From an uncultured Acidimicrobiia bacterium (lineage in GTDB: Bacteria > Actinomycetota > Acidimicrobiia > Acidimicrobiales > AC-14): 64,000 nucleotides of DNA. The stretch is from positions 256,001 through 320,000 of the forward strand of contig CAWIIV010000015.1 in assembly GCA_963836205.1 (NCBI GenBank). The letters run 5' to 3'. The notes beneath the pieces are model-generated. The model had not been told where the DNA came from, did not search any database, and was given only the letters and a program-made list of their open reading frames with translations. The position numbers were made by a program, and so were the translations under genes. Numbering within the stretch: position 1 is the stretch's first letter; each line of letters begins with the position of its first letter. Of this stretch, positions 1 through 10,439 are shown piece by piece.

Positions 1-2656
1 GTTGCTGGTGGCCGAGCCGGTGGGGCCGGTGTTGCCCGACGTGCCCGAGGTGGCGACCGGGTTGGAGGTCGACCAGCTGGAGGCGGCGCCGGTGTCGCCA
101 CTGTTGGAGGCGCTCGACTGGGCCGAGGCGTTGCCGGTGCTGCCGGAGATGGCGGTGGGGCTGACCTTCACCGTGACGTCGCCGCCGTCGCCGCCGGCGC
201 CGATGGCGGAGGCGATCGACGAGCCGCCGATGACGGTGGAGGTGACGGGGCTGGTGCCGACGCCGGTGACCGTGTTGCTGGCCGAGCCGGCCGTGCCCGA
301 GACGGCGTTGGCCGAGCCGCCGCGGCCGCCGTTGCCGCCGACGCCGACGACGACCGTGTTGTTGACCACGTCGCCGCTGTCGCCCGAGGTGGCGGTGGCG
401 TTGGAGGCGGCGCCGGTGTTGGCGGTGCTGCCGGCGTCGCCGTCGGCGGTGGCGTTGCCGCTGCCGCCCGAGGTGCCCGAGTTGCCGGAGGTCACCGGGC
501 CGCCACTGGCCGTCGCGCTGCCGAGGAGGCCGCTGTTGTCGGCGCTGGTGTTGCCGGTGGCGCCGCCCGTTCCGCCGGTGGCGCCGGAGTTGCCGGAGGT
601 GGCCACCGGGTCGGAGCTCGACGAGCTGTTGGCCGCACCGGTGTTGCCGGTGTTGGTGGCGCTCGACTGGGCGCTGGCGTCGCCGGTACCGCCGGTGCCG
701 CCGCTGGTGGCCGTCGGGTTGACGACGACGTTGACGCTGCCGCCTTCGCCGCCACCGGCGTCGGCCAGTGGCGAGGCTGGCGCCGCCGACCGCGGTGGCG
801 TTGATGGCGCCACTGCCGACGGCGATGTTGGTGGCGCTGCCGCCGGTGCCCGAGACCGCCGAGGCGTTGCCGGCGTCGCCGCCGTTGCCGCCGACTCCGC
901 CGACCGCCGTCGAGTTGGACGCGGTGCCGCTGCCGCCGCTCGACGCGCTGGGCGAGAGGTTGACGGACACGTCGCCGCCGTCGCCGCCGCTGGCGTCGGC
1001 GATGGCGACGCTCGACCCGCCGATGGCCGTGGCGTTGATCGTGCCGGCGCCCGTGGTGACCACCATGTTGTTGGCGTTGCCGCCGGCGCCCGAGGTGGCG
1101 GTGGCGTTTCCGCCCTGGCCGCCCTGGCCGCCCTGCACCGTCACGTTGATGGTGTTGGTGGCCCCGCCGCTCGAGCCGGTGGTGGCGTTGGCGTTGGAGT
1201 TGGCTCCGGTGTTGGCGGTGGAGTCCGAGCCGCCGGTGGCGGTGGAGTCACCGGTGCCGCCCGAGTTGCCGGAGCCCCCGGAGGTGACGGGACTGCCGCC
1301 GGCGTTCGTCTGGCCGGCGATGCCCGCGTTGTCGCTGTTGGTCCCGGTCGTTCCGCTGCCACCGTTTCCGGTGCCCGACGACGAACCGGTGCCGGCTGAA
1401 GGAGACGTCGTCGTGTTGGACGACGCTCCGCCGGTTGAACCGTTGTTGGTGCTTCCTGCGGAGGAGTCCGCACTCCCCGAGGAACCTGTGCCTGCTGTTG
1501 GACTTCCGGTTGCGCCTGCGCTTCCGCCGTTGCCGCCGTTCGACCTTCCGAATCCCCTGCTCGTACCTCCGACGGCAGTGCCAGTCCCATCCCCACCGCC
1601 GATGGCGAGGACGAGGTTGTTGGCACTGCCTGCAGTGCCACCTTGATGGTCACCGCCCATTCCGATCCCGTTGGCGTACCGGCCGCGTCCGATGGCGACG
1701 CAGAGGTCGTCTGCGTTGCCGCCGCCGGGCCCGCCAACAGCCGAGCAGTCAGCGTTGCCACCAACCGCGATCCCGGTCGTCCTGGCATCGCCGCGCGACC
1801 CTCCGGTGGAGGAGGCGCTGACGTTGCCGCCGACCGCGATGACGGTGCTCGACGAGCTCTGGTTCGCCGGGGCCTGTGAGTGGCCCTTGGCGTCGCAGTC
1901 CCGACCGATCACGATCATCAGGACGTTGGTGACATCACCGTTGGAAATCGTCCGGCAGCGACCGTTGCGGGTGAACGTCACGCCGCTCGATCCGGAGCCG
2001 TCGGTCTCGTTCCCGGCAAGCATCTCGGCGGCGGCGACACGGTCGGTGGAGTCGGGCAGCGAAGCCCGCACCGTCGAGTGCGTCACGCCGCTGGCGTCGG
2101 CTGCCGAGCCGAGCAGGTTGGCGATGGCCACCGTGGGGTTGTCGCTCGGGGCCGGAGTGCCGTTGGACGACTCGGTGGTCGACACGGACTCCGACGACGG
2201 CGACGCCGACGAGAGGATGTTGGATGAGATCTCCGGGTCGGTTGCGGCCTGGGCTGCCTTTTGGTCGCTGCGCCGGTTGATGACGATCGGCGAGCCTCCA
2301 TCACCGTTGCCCGTGTTGGACGACGGGCCGGTGAGGAGCTGCGTGGGCGAGACGGGCGTGGCCTGGTCGGGCATCGGGGCCACCGTGGTGGGCGGCGTGG
2401 CCGCCTCATCCGTGGTGGATGCGGTGCTGGAGGTGTCGGCGGGGGCGTCGGCCGCGACCGTGGTCGTGGGCGTGCTCTCCGCTGCCACCTCCTCCGTAGG
2501 CGTGGCCTGGGCCTCGTCGGCGGTAGCGGGGCCCGCACCCAGCGTGAGCAGGCAGAACCCCACCAGCAGACCGAGGAGCGCGACCCACCGCAGGGGCCTC
2601 ACCACATCGGACTTGGGGGTGTCGCGCACGCTGTTTCGGACCTGCTCCTGACGCAT
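1..2656 (-). CDS. Large secreted Gly/Ser/Thr/Ala/Asn-rich repeat protein (runs off window edge; 1-nt frameshift near 767)
   Basis: Manual minus-strand translation from ATG 2656: MRQEQVRNSVRDTPKSDVVRPLRWVALLGLLVGFCLLTLGAGPATA (signal peptide), a T/P/A linker, then recurring units such as NATA(I/V)GG.S.A.A.A.GGDGG.V.V. The plus-strand ORFs 2..1399, 768..1646 and 1671..2651 are its antisense shadows and change frame at ~767. Confidence 0.8.
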   Translation of the reverse strand, partial: MRQEQVRNSVRDTPKSDVVRPLRWVALLGLLVGFCLLTLGAGPATADEAQATPTEEVAAESTPTTTVAADAPADTSSTASTTDEAATPPTTVAPMPDQATPVSPTQLLTGPSSNTGNGDGGSPIVINRRSDQKAAQAATDPEISSNILSSASPSSESVSTTESSNGTPAPSDNPTVAIANLLGSAADASGVTHSTVRASLPDSTDRVAAAEMLAGNETDGSGSSGVTFTRNGRCRTISNGDVTNVLMIVIGRDCDAKGHSQAPANQSSSSTVIAVGGNVSASSTGGSRGDARTTGIAVGGNADCSAVGGPGGGNADDLCVAIGRGRYANGIGMGGDHQGGTAGSANNLVLAIGGGDGTGTAVGGTSRGFGRSNGGNGGSAGATGSPTAGTGSSGSADSSAGSTNNGSTGGASSNTTTSPSAGTGSSSGTGNGGSGTTGTNSDNAGIAGQTNAGGSPVTSGGSGNSGGTGDSTATGGSDSTANTGANSNANATTGSSGGATNTINVTVQGGQGGQGGNATATSGAGGNANNMVVTTGAGTINATAIGGSSVAIADASGGDGGDVSVNLSPSASSGGSGTASNSTAVGGVGGNGGDAGNASAVSGTGGSATNIAVGSGAINATAVGGASLATGRRRWRRRRQRQRRRQPDGHQRRHRRYRRRQRPVERHQHRQHRCGQQLVELRPGGHLRQLRRHRRNGRRHRQHQRRQQRPPRQRDGQWRPGDLRQLGHLGRQRQRHRRRRRRQHRQHRRRLQRHRHLGRQRRRGQQHGRRRRRRQRRPRRLGQRRLGHGRLGQQHGHRRRHQPRHLHRHRRLVDRLRHRRRRRRRRRHGEGQPHRHLRQHRQRLGPVERLQQWRHRRRLQLVDLQPGRHLGHVGQHRPHRLGHQQ

Positions 2657-2852
2657 TGTCGGGGCGCGAAGGGCGAAATCCCTCCGGCTGGACGGGAGTT
2701 GTCTACCACGGCACCCCGGGGGTGACAAGGCACCCTCGTGCCCTCTGACCTGCACTTTCGCCCTGTTGGAAGCCTGTTGGAGAACCAACACTTCGCGTTG
2801 GAACGGCCAGTGGTGGCCCGGGCGGTTTTCCCCAGCCCCGGGAGGCGTCGGA

Positions 2853-3701
2853 TCAGGTCCGGGCCGGCCAGGCCAACGAAAGTTCCAACGGGGGTAGCTC
2901 CACGTCGGCCAGGTTGCGGAGGATCAGGGTGGCGTCGGACCCGCCGTCGAGGCTCGAACGGATGGCCAACCGGCCTCCGCCCTCGACCATCGACATCACC
3001 CGCGAGGCGCCCGCCGGCACCCCCGAGGCCAGGGTCAGCTGCGGTCGCCCGCCCCGTCCCTGAGCCTCCAGGACGAAGGTCCCGGGGCCTGTTGGACTGA
3101 GCTCGAAGGCCATCCGACACGGCTCTCCGGGGCAGTCCCCGGGGGTCGCCGACGGCGCCAACGGGGGGGTCACGACCGTGATCCGGTCACCCTCCGGGAC
3201 GTACACGAGGGTCACCTCGGCGACCCCGACGACGCCCCCGATGGAGCCCTCGAGGGCCTGGACGAGGACCCCCGGAGACACGCCGGACACCGGGATGTCG
3301 ACCCCCCGGCCGTCGGTGGCGACCACGCAATCCCCCGCCCGAGGGGGCGTCGACACGCCGTCGACGGCGCAGATCCGGACCCCGTTGGAACCCCCAGACA
3401 ACCCCCTCGCCACCACCCGGATGGTCCCCCCGGACGCCCCCACCAGGACCCGCAACCCGGGCTCGGCGAGGCGCACGCCGACCACGGTGAAGGCCACCGA
3501 ACCCCGCGTCGGCACCGGCCGGGAGGAGCTTCCGGCGGTCGTCGAAGGCCCGGTCGTCGTGCTGTTGGACGGCTCTCCCCGCCGCCCTCCTCCCCCACCC
3601 CCGCAGGCCGCCAACGCCAGGGCCATGACGACCGGTGCCAGCCCTCCCGACACCCCCCACCGCCCACGCCCCGCCGGCGTGAAGACCCGTCCAAATCCCA
3701 T
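2853..3701 (-). CDS. Putative lipoprotein of unknown function
   Basis: Hydrophobic stretch ending in lipobox LAAC, followed by a G/S/T linker and a beta-rich body. Start is uncertain (3701 or further downstream). Confidence 0.65.
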   Translation of the reverse strand: MGFGRVFTPAGRGRWGVSGGLAPVVMALALAACGGGGGGRRGEPSNSTTTGPSTTAGSSSRPVPTRGSVAFTVVGVRLAEPGLRVLVGASGGTIRVVARGLSGGSNGVRICAVDGVSTPPRAGDCVVATDGRGVDIPVSGVSPGVLVQALEGSIGGVVGVAEVTLVYVPEGDRITVVTPPLAPSATPGDCPGEPCRMAFELSPTGPGTFVLEAQGRGGRPQLTLASGVPAGASRVMSMVEGGGRLAIRSSLDGGSDATLILRNLADVELPPLELSLAWPART

Positions 3702-3829
3702 CTTGAACCCCTCCATCAGCCCCTCCCAATCGTCGTTCATCGAGCGTCGCCGCCCCCGTCCGGGCCACGTGCGCACGACCGCTGACGCGACCTGAACCCG
3801 TCGATCGCCGGCCCAGGCTCCACCCTTCG

Positions 3830-3870
3830 TGGGCACAAAAAGGTGCGCCTGACGCACCTTTTCGTGCCCA
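3830..3870. repeat. 18-bp-arm palindrome (REP-like or possible terminator)
   Basis: TGGGCACAAAAAGGTGCG-CCTGA-CGCACCTTTTCGTGCCCA, one mismatch; lies downstream of the tRNA pair. Confidence 0.7.
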
Positions 3871-4094
3871 AGAACCCTGGGCCGGCGGACCCGCCACCGC
3901 CCCGCGGAAACGTCCCGTGCCGCACCATCAGGAGCCATCGAGGAGGGAGCGCCGGGCCCGACCGGCGCTGCGCGGGCGGAGTTCCATCGAGTGTCCCGCT
4001 CGCCGTTCGTGGCTCGGAAACGTGTCCATCAACGGCCGGCAGCAGCCCAGCAAGAAGGCGACGACGATCGCCCCGCCGGGAGGCGGCCAGGCGG

Positions 4095-4167
4095 TGGGCC
4101 CGGCTGGGATCGAACCAGCGACCGAGGGATTATGAGTCCCCTGCTCTGACCACTGAGCTACGGGCCC
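4095..4167 (-). tRNA. tRNA with CAT anticodon, most likely tRNA-Ile2 (lysidine)
   Basis: GGGCCCGTAGCTCAGTGGTCAGAGCAGGGGACTCATAATCCCTCGGTCGCTGGTTCGATCCCAGCCGGGCCCA: cloverleaf, CAT anticodon, paired G1-C72 (not initiator), GGGCC acceptor resembling Ile2. Confidence 0.9.
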
Positions 4168-4189
4168 TCTCGTGTGGCGGGCGCCAACG

Positions 4190-4262
4190 CTCCGGGGGTG
4201 GGACTCGAACCCACAACAAACGGCTTAACAGGCCGGCGCTCTGCCGATTGAGCTACCCCGGA
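4190..4262 (-). tRNA. tRNA-Asn(GTT)
   Basis: TCCGGGGTAGCTCAATCGGCAGAGCGCCGGCCTGTTAAGCCGTTTGTTGTGGGTTCGAGTCCCACCCCCGGAG; anticodon loop CTGTTAA. Confidence 0.95.
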
Positions 4263-4330
4263 ATGCCCTATCCAACGTGGCCCGTCCAACCTAGCAGTCA
4301 CCCCTTCCCCCACCCCACGCTCAAACGTGC

Positions 4331-4648
4331 GTCGGTAACAGGGCATCCCCGGAGCCGATGCGCGCGACGAACAAACCTCGCCTCGGGACCAGCCGCCCGC
4401 AGCCGCCCCCTCCCCCCGGTCCGGAAGACCGAGATGGACTCCTCGGCTCCGGCCCCGCCGACAACAGGCGCCGCCGGAGCCGATGGGCAGTCGGAACAAA
4501 CCTTCACGCGGCCCCGGCCGCCCGGCACCCGGCCCTTCCTCCAGGCCCTGATGCTCTAGGGGCAAGGGGGGTCCCCGGCGCCGGCGATGTTTGCCGGCGC
4601 CGCCGACAAGCAGGCGACGAAGGAGCCGATGCGCTTGTCGGAACAAGC
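4331..4648. repeat. Three spaced ~47-bp repeats with invariant GGAGCCGATG core
   Basis: Copies at ~4331-4377, 4457-4502 and 4602-4648; GGAGCCGATG at 4351, 4476 and 4622, each followed by GAACAA(A/G)C. Confidence 0.7.
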
Positions 4649-4720
4649 AGTCAGCCCGCCGAAGGCGGTCCAAGCCTTTCGGGGGGCCGTTGGGGGGCGC
4701 ACCCTCAGCCCCCCCAACTG

Positions 4721-5997
<1,277 letters not shown>

Positions 5998-6001
<4 letters not shown>

Positions 6002-7776
6002 GCCTCTTGCTCCTCGAACCGGTCGACAAGCCAGCGTACCAACCGCCCGGTGGCCTCGATCGCGGTGGCCTGGTCGTGAAGTTCCTCGACCGCGAGCTTG
6101 AGCCACCCGACGTCGTCGGAGAAGCCCATGGGGTCGGCCGACTGGCGGGCACTGGCGTCGAGATCGGCGATGGCCCGGCGGGCCGCCTCCTCCGCCAGGC
6201 GGGCCATCACGTCGTCGGGATCGGCCTCGTCGTCCTCCACCGCCAGGCGCTGGAGCAGGGCGGCGGCGCCCGGTTCAGCCCCCGCGATGGCCTCGTGGAG
6301 GGTGGTCGAACGGCACAGGGCCCGGTACCCGGCGAGGATGGTGGGGTCGGTGAAGAGCACCTCGTGGAGGCGGGACGCGACCCTTTCGGGATGGTGGACG
6401 GCGACCCGCAACGCCTCCCGCTCGGGACCTCCCCGCTCGGCCCGGGATCGCGGTGGGACCGCCGTCGACGGGCGCTCGCGAGCCCCGTCCGAGGTGGGGG
6501 GCGGCCGGCCCTCCAACAGGCGCCGGAGGCGGTCGGCGGGGATGCGGACCCGGTCGGCCACGTGCATCACGTACTCGTCCCGCACCAGGGGGTTGGGGTG
6601 CTCGCGGACCACCGCCATGGCCGCCTCCGCCGCCTTCACCCGCCCTTCGGCGGTGCGAACCTCGGCGCCGGCGAGGGCCCGCTCGAGGCGGAAGTTGAGG
6701 AAGGGACGGGCCTCGTCGACCGCCGTGCGCAGGGCCTCGGGGTCGGCCTGGGCCAGGTCGCCGGGGTCGGATCCGGTCGGCAGGGCAGCCACCGCGATGT
6801 CGACCTCGAACCGGCGCTCCCACTCGTAGAACTTGGCCGCCGCCCCCTGGCCGGCGGCGTCGGCGTCGTAGGCCAGCACCACCCGGCGGGCGAAGTTCTT
6901 GAGCGTCCGGAAGTGGTCCTCGGTGAGGGCGGTGCCGCACGTGGCCACGGCCCGGGCCCGGCCCACCGAGGCCAGCCCGATCACGTCGGTGTAGCCCTCG
7001 CAGACCACCACCTCCCCCGCCTCCACGATCTTGCCCTTGGCCCAGTTGAGGCCGTAGAGGGTGCGGCTCTTGGCGTAGAGGTGGGACTCGGGTGAGTTCT
7101 TGTACTTCGGGCCGTCGGCCCCCGGGAGGGCCCGTCCGCCGAAAGCGATGGCGTCGCCCCGCACGTCGAAGATGGGGAACAGGAGCCGGGCTCGGAACTC
7201 GTCCTGCTGGCGGCCGATCTTGTTGATCCGGCCCAGGCCGGCGTCGTGGAGGACGTCGGTGGGCACCCGCAACGCCTTGCTCAGGGCGTCCCAGTCGTCG
7301 GGCGCCCACCCCAGGCGGTAGGCCCGCACCACGTCGCCGTCGTAGCCCCGGCTGCGCAGGTACGACCGGGCCGGCGCCGCGTCGGGGGCGGTGAGGAGGC
7401 GCTGGTGGTACCACTCGACGGCCCGTTCCATCGCTTCCAACAGGGTCGCCCGCCGCTGGCGCTCCTGGGACACGGCGACGGTGTCGTAGCGGACCTGGAT
7501 GCCCGCCTTGGCCGCCAGCCGCTCCACCGCGTCGGCGAAGTCGAGGTGCTCGAGCTCCTGCACGAAGCGGATGGCGTCGCCACCGACCCCGCAACCGAAG
7601 CAGTAGTACAGCCCCTCCTCGGCGTTGACCGAGAACGACCCCGACTTCTCCGTATGGAACGGGCACAGCCCCACCCACCGCCGGCCCACCCGCTTGAGGG
7701 CGATGTACTCCGACGCGACCGCCACGAAGTCGGTGGCCGCCCGCACCCGGGCGATGTCTTCGGCGAGGATCCCCAT
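5998..7776 (-). CDS. dnaG: DNA primase
   Basis: CPFH..YYCFGC zinc finger, [18 protein letters not shown] and DAD TOPRIM motifs. Confidence 0.97.
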
Positions 7777-7894
7777 CCCGCCTACCAGTCTCGCGGCTCC
7801 GGGCTCGGTGCGCGCCCGCTCGCTGGCGCCTGGTCCGGCGCCGCCTGGCCCCGGAGGGCGGGCCGCGCCCCGCCGGCCCGCCCGGCGTCCCTGG

Positions 7895-8944
7895 TCAGAG
7901 GATCTTGACGGGGATGGTGGCCAGGCGCGTCGTGGTGCCGTTGGCCATCAGGCGCACCTCGTAGTTGCCTCCGACCGTGCCCGAGGGCACCCGCAGCGTC
8001 AGGCTCCCCGAGCTGGCCCCGTTGGTGTACTTCCACACCTTGACCGCGGTGTTGGCACCGGCCGGGGCCAGCCCGACCCAATCGGTTGAGGTGGGGCCGG
8101 AGATGCCGCTCCAGCTGACGCTCACCATCTCGGCCCCTCGCGCCGCGCCGGGTGTGGCGGTGAGGGCCGTTCCGCCGGAGACCTGGACAGTGTTGGCCGG
8201 GTCGGTGCAGGAGGTGCCGTTGCCGGTGTTGTTGGCGTCGCCGCCGTAGCTGACCAGCCACTGGTGCGACCCGCCCGCGGTGGGCCGGTAGGGGTCGGAG
8301 GTGTAGGAGCCGCTCCCCGCCACCGGCCTGACCGACGTGAACACCGGCTCGCCGGAACAGACTTGGTTGCCGGCGCCGAAGAGGCGGAAGGTGATGGAGC
8401 CGGTAGGCCCGTTCGGCCCCCCGCCGTTGAGCACCGCAGTGTTCGTCACCGCTCCGGCGCCATCGACCGTCGATGCGTCGCCGGTGAGCGTCGGCATCCG
8501 CTTGCCGACGGTGACCGCGGCCCCGGAGTTGCTGCACAGGCTCATCGCCGGCTTGTTGTTGGCGTCCCCGCCGTACTGGGCGACCCAGCGGTAGGTGCCG
8601 GCGACGTCGATACGAAACGAGGCCGAGGTGTAGTTGGTGTTCCCCGTCACCGCCACGTTGGACGTGAAGATGGGCGCCTCGCCACAGACCGCGTCGTCGA
8701 GGTCGAAAAGGGAGAACGTGATGGTGCCGGTGGGGTTCACGCCAAAGCCCAAGGTGGCCGTGTCGTAGACGGCCACGCCGACGGGATACCCCGAGGGCGA
8801 GGCCTGGCTGGACAGCGCCGGGATCGCAGGAGCGGCGGATGCCCCGGCCTGGTAGCCCCCGACGGTGGCAACGACGAGGGCGATCAGCACGCCGACCCTC
8901 CGCCCCGTTGTTGCCAGCCAAGGTCGGGAAGTGGAACCGATCAC
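7895..8944 (-). CDS. Secreted protein with two tandem Ig-like repeats and a C-terminal beta-sandwich domain
   Basis: Signal peptide (ASA-A); duplicated unit PTG(T/S)ITF.LF...C.G..P.FTS.....G...YTS......G...W...YGGDANN....C; C-terminal DWVGL...WKY...G.YEVRL. Confidence 0.75.
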   Translation of the reverse strand: MIGSTSRPWLATTGRRVGVLIALVVATVGGYQAGASAAPAIPALSSQASPSGYPVGVAVYDTATLGFGVNPTGTITFSLFDLDDAVCGEAPIFTSNVAVTGNTNYTSASFRIDVAGTYRWVAQYGGDANNKPAMSLCSNSGAAVTVGKRMPTLTGDASTVDGAGAVTNTAVLNGGGPNGPTGSITFRLFGAGNQVCSGEPVFTSVRPVAGSGSYTSDPYRPTAGGSHQWLVSYGGDANNTGNGTSCTDPANTVQVSGGTALTATPGAARGAEMVSVSWSGISGPTSTDWVGLAPAGANTAVKVWKYTNGASSGSLTLRVPSGTVGGNYEVRLMANGTTTRLATIPVKIL

Positions 8945-9111
8945 GAAGGCCTCCTCGTCGCTGGACGCGAACCGCAGTTTGGGCGCAGAGCATGACGCAA
9001 ATCACCCTCGTTTGCTGGCCAGACCCGCGCCGCCGGCCTCCTCGATGCGGACCGGCCGACGCAGCCTCTTCGCCCCACGCGCCCCGCCCCCACCCGGGCG
9101 GGGCCAAACCT

Positions 9112-10437
9112 TCAGCCCTTGGTCCCCCCGGTGAAGTTCCACGACGCCAGCCGCAGGCTGGGAACGTGGGCCCAGCCGCCCCACAGCTCGTAGAGGCGGG
9201 CGTCGTCGCCGAGGCCGAGCACGTTGCCGGGGCCCAGCGCCTCCACGTAGGACTGGGTGAAGCGGAGGTTGCGGACCGCACCCACGATCTTGCCCTTCTC
9301 CACCAGGAAGGTGCCGTTGCGGGTGAGGCCGGTGACCACCTGGGTCTTGGGGTCGAGGATGCGGGTGTACCAGAAGTCGGTGACCAGCAGGCCCCGCTCG
9401 ACGTCGGCGATCAGCTCCTCGGGCGACTGGTCGCCGCCGGCCAGGAACAGGTTGGTGGGCATGGGGCCGTTGACCTCCCCACCCGGCACCGCGTGGCCGC
9501 TGCTGCGGGTACCCGACCGCTTGGCCGTGCGCCGGTCGTGGACCAGGGCCCGGCACACGCCCTCCCGCACCAGCATCCGTTGGGCCTTGGGCGTGCCCTC
9601 GGCGTCGAAGGAGACGCCGATGGAGCGGGGGTCGTTGACGTCGTCCCAGATGTCGATCGACTCGTCCATCAGGGCCGCCTTGGGCTTCACCCACGACCGC
9701 CCCTCGGCGTAGGTCTTGGCGTTGAACCCCTCGCTCAGGAAGTCCATCATGTCGGCCACGCACGCGGGCTCCAGCACCACCTCGTAGCGGCCGGGCTCGA
9801 GGTCGATCGGGTTGGCCGCGGCCCGGGCCCGCTCGGCGGCCAGGCGGCCGGCGGCGGCGCCGTCGAGGTCGGCGATGGAGGGGGCGAACTGCCAGCCTCG
9901 GGCGTCGGAGGTCGACGTGCGGTGGATGGCGTCGACCGCGGCCATCGACGCCCGGCCTCCCGCCCGGTGCTGAGCGTTGTTGGCGAAATAGATGTCCCAG
10001 CCCTTGGTGGCGCAGTAGCCGGCGGCCCGCAGCTCCGCCCCCTCGTCGACGAAGTCCTTCACCACCTGGGCCCGGGTGTCGGGCTCGGACTTCTCCGTCT
10101 TGGCGTCGTAACGGTCGTCCTCCAGCGTGAGCCACGCGGTGGGCGGCGCCAGGCCGGGCCAGTCGGGGTCGACGGGCCGGAGGCGGGCCGCCTCGAGGGT
10201 CTCGTCGACCAACCGGACGAGGCTGTCGTGGTCGAGGCGGTTGGTGCTGCCGGTGGCCGCCCGCCCGTCGATCACCAGCTTGAGCCGGGCCCACCGCGTG
10301 TCCTCGGCCACGTTCTGGTGGATGAACGAGTTGGCGAACCGGGTGAGGGCCGAACGCCCCTCCCCCACCGTGATCTCGGCCTCGGCCCGGTCGTCGACGA
10401 TGATGAGGACCTCGAAGGCCTTGTCCCGCAGGTCCAC
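9112..10437 (-). CDS. tldE: TldE/PmbA family protein
   Basis: ALTRFANSFIHQNV, LEPGRYEVVLEP, FDAEG, TGLTRNGTF; GTG start at 10437, coupled to tldD. Confidence 0.9.
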   Translation of the reverse strand: MDLRDKAFEVLIIVDDRAEAEITVGEGRSALTRFANSFIHQNVAEDTRWARLKLVIDGRAATGSTNRLDHDSLVRLVDETLEAARLRPVDPDWPGLAPPTAWLTLEDDRYDAKTEKSEPDTRAQVVKDFVDEGAELRAAGYCATKGWDIYFANNAQHRAGGRASMAAVDAIHRTSTSDARGWQFAPSIADLDGAAAGRLAAERARAAANPIDLEPGRYEVVLEPACVADMMDFLSEGFNAKTYAEGRSWVKPKAALMDESIDIWDDVNDPRSIGVSFDAEGTPKAQRMLVREGVCRALVHDRRTAKRSGTRSSGHAVPGGEVNGPMPTNLFLAGGDQSPEELIADVERGLLVTDFWYTRILDPKTQVVTGLTRNGTFLVEKGKIVGAVRNLRFTQSYVEALGPGNVLGLGDDARLYELWGGWAHVPSLRLASWNFTGGTKG

Positions 10438-10439
10438 GT

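Noticed and set aside
2-2651. Plus-strand Pro/Val/Leu-rich ORFs (2..1399, 768..1646, 1671..2651) and the many other long antisense ORFs
   Set aside because: They are shadow frames of real opposite-strand genes in high-GC DNA and carry no recognisable motifs.
4095-4167. Initiator tRNA-fMet assignment
   Set aside because: It has a paired G1-C72 rather than the initiator C1:A72 mismatch; Ile2 is preferred, though elongator Met cannot be fully excluded without a covariance model.
4095-4262. tRNAs as the integration site of a genomic island
   Set aside because: No integrase is nearby and no duplicated tRNA 3' end was seen within the window.
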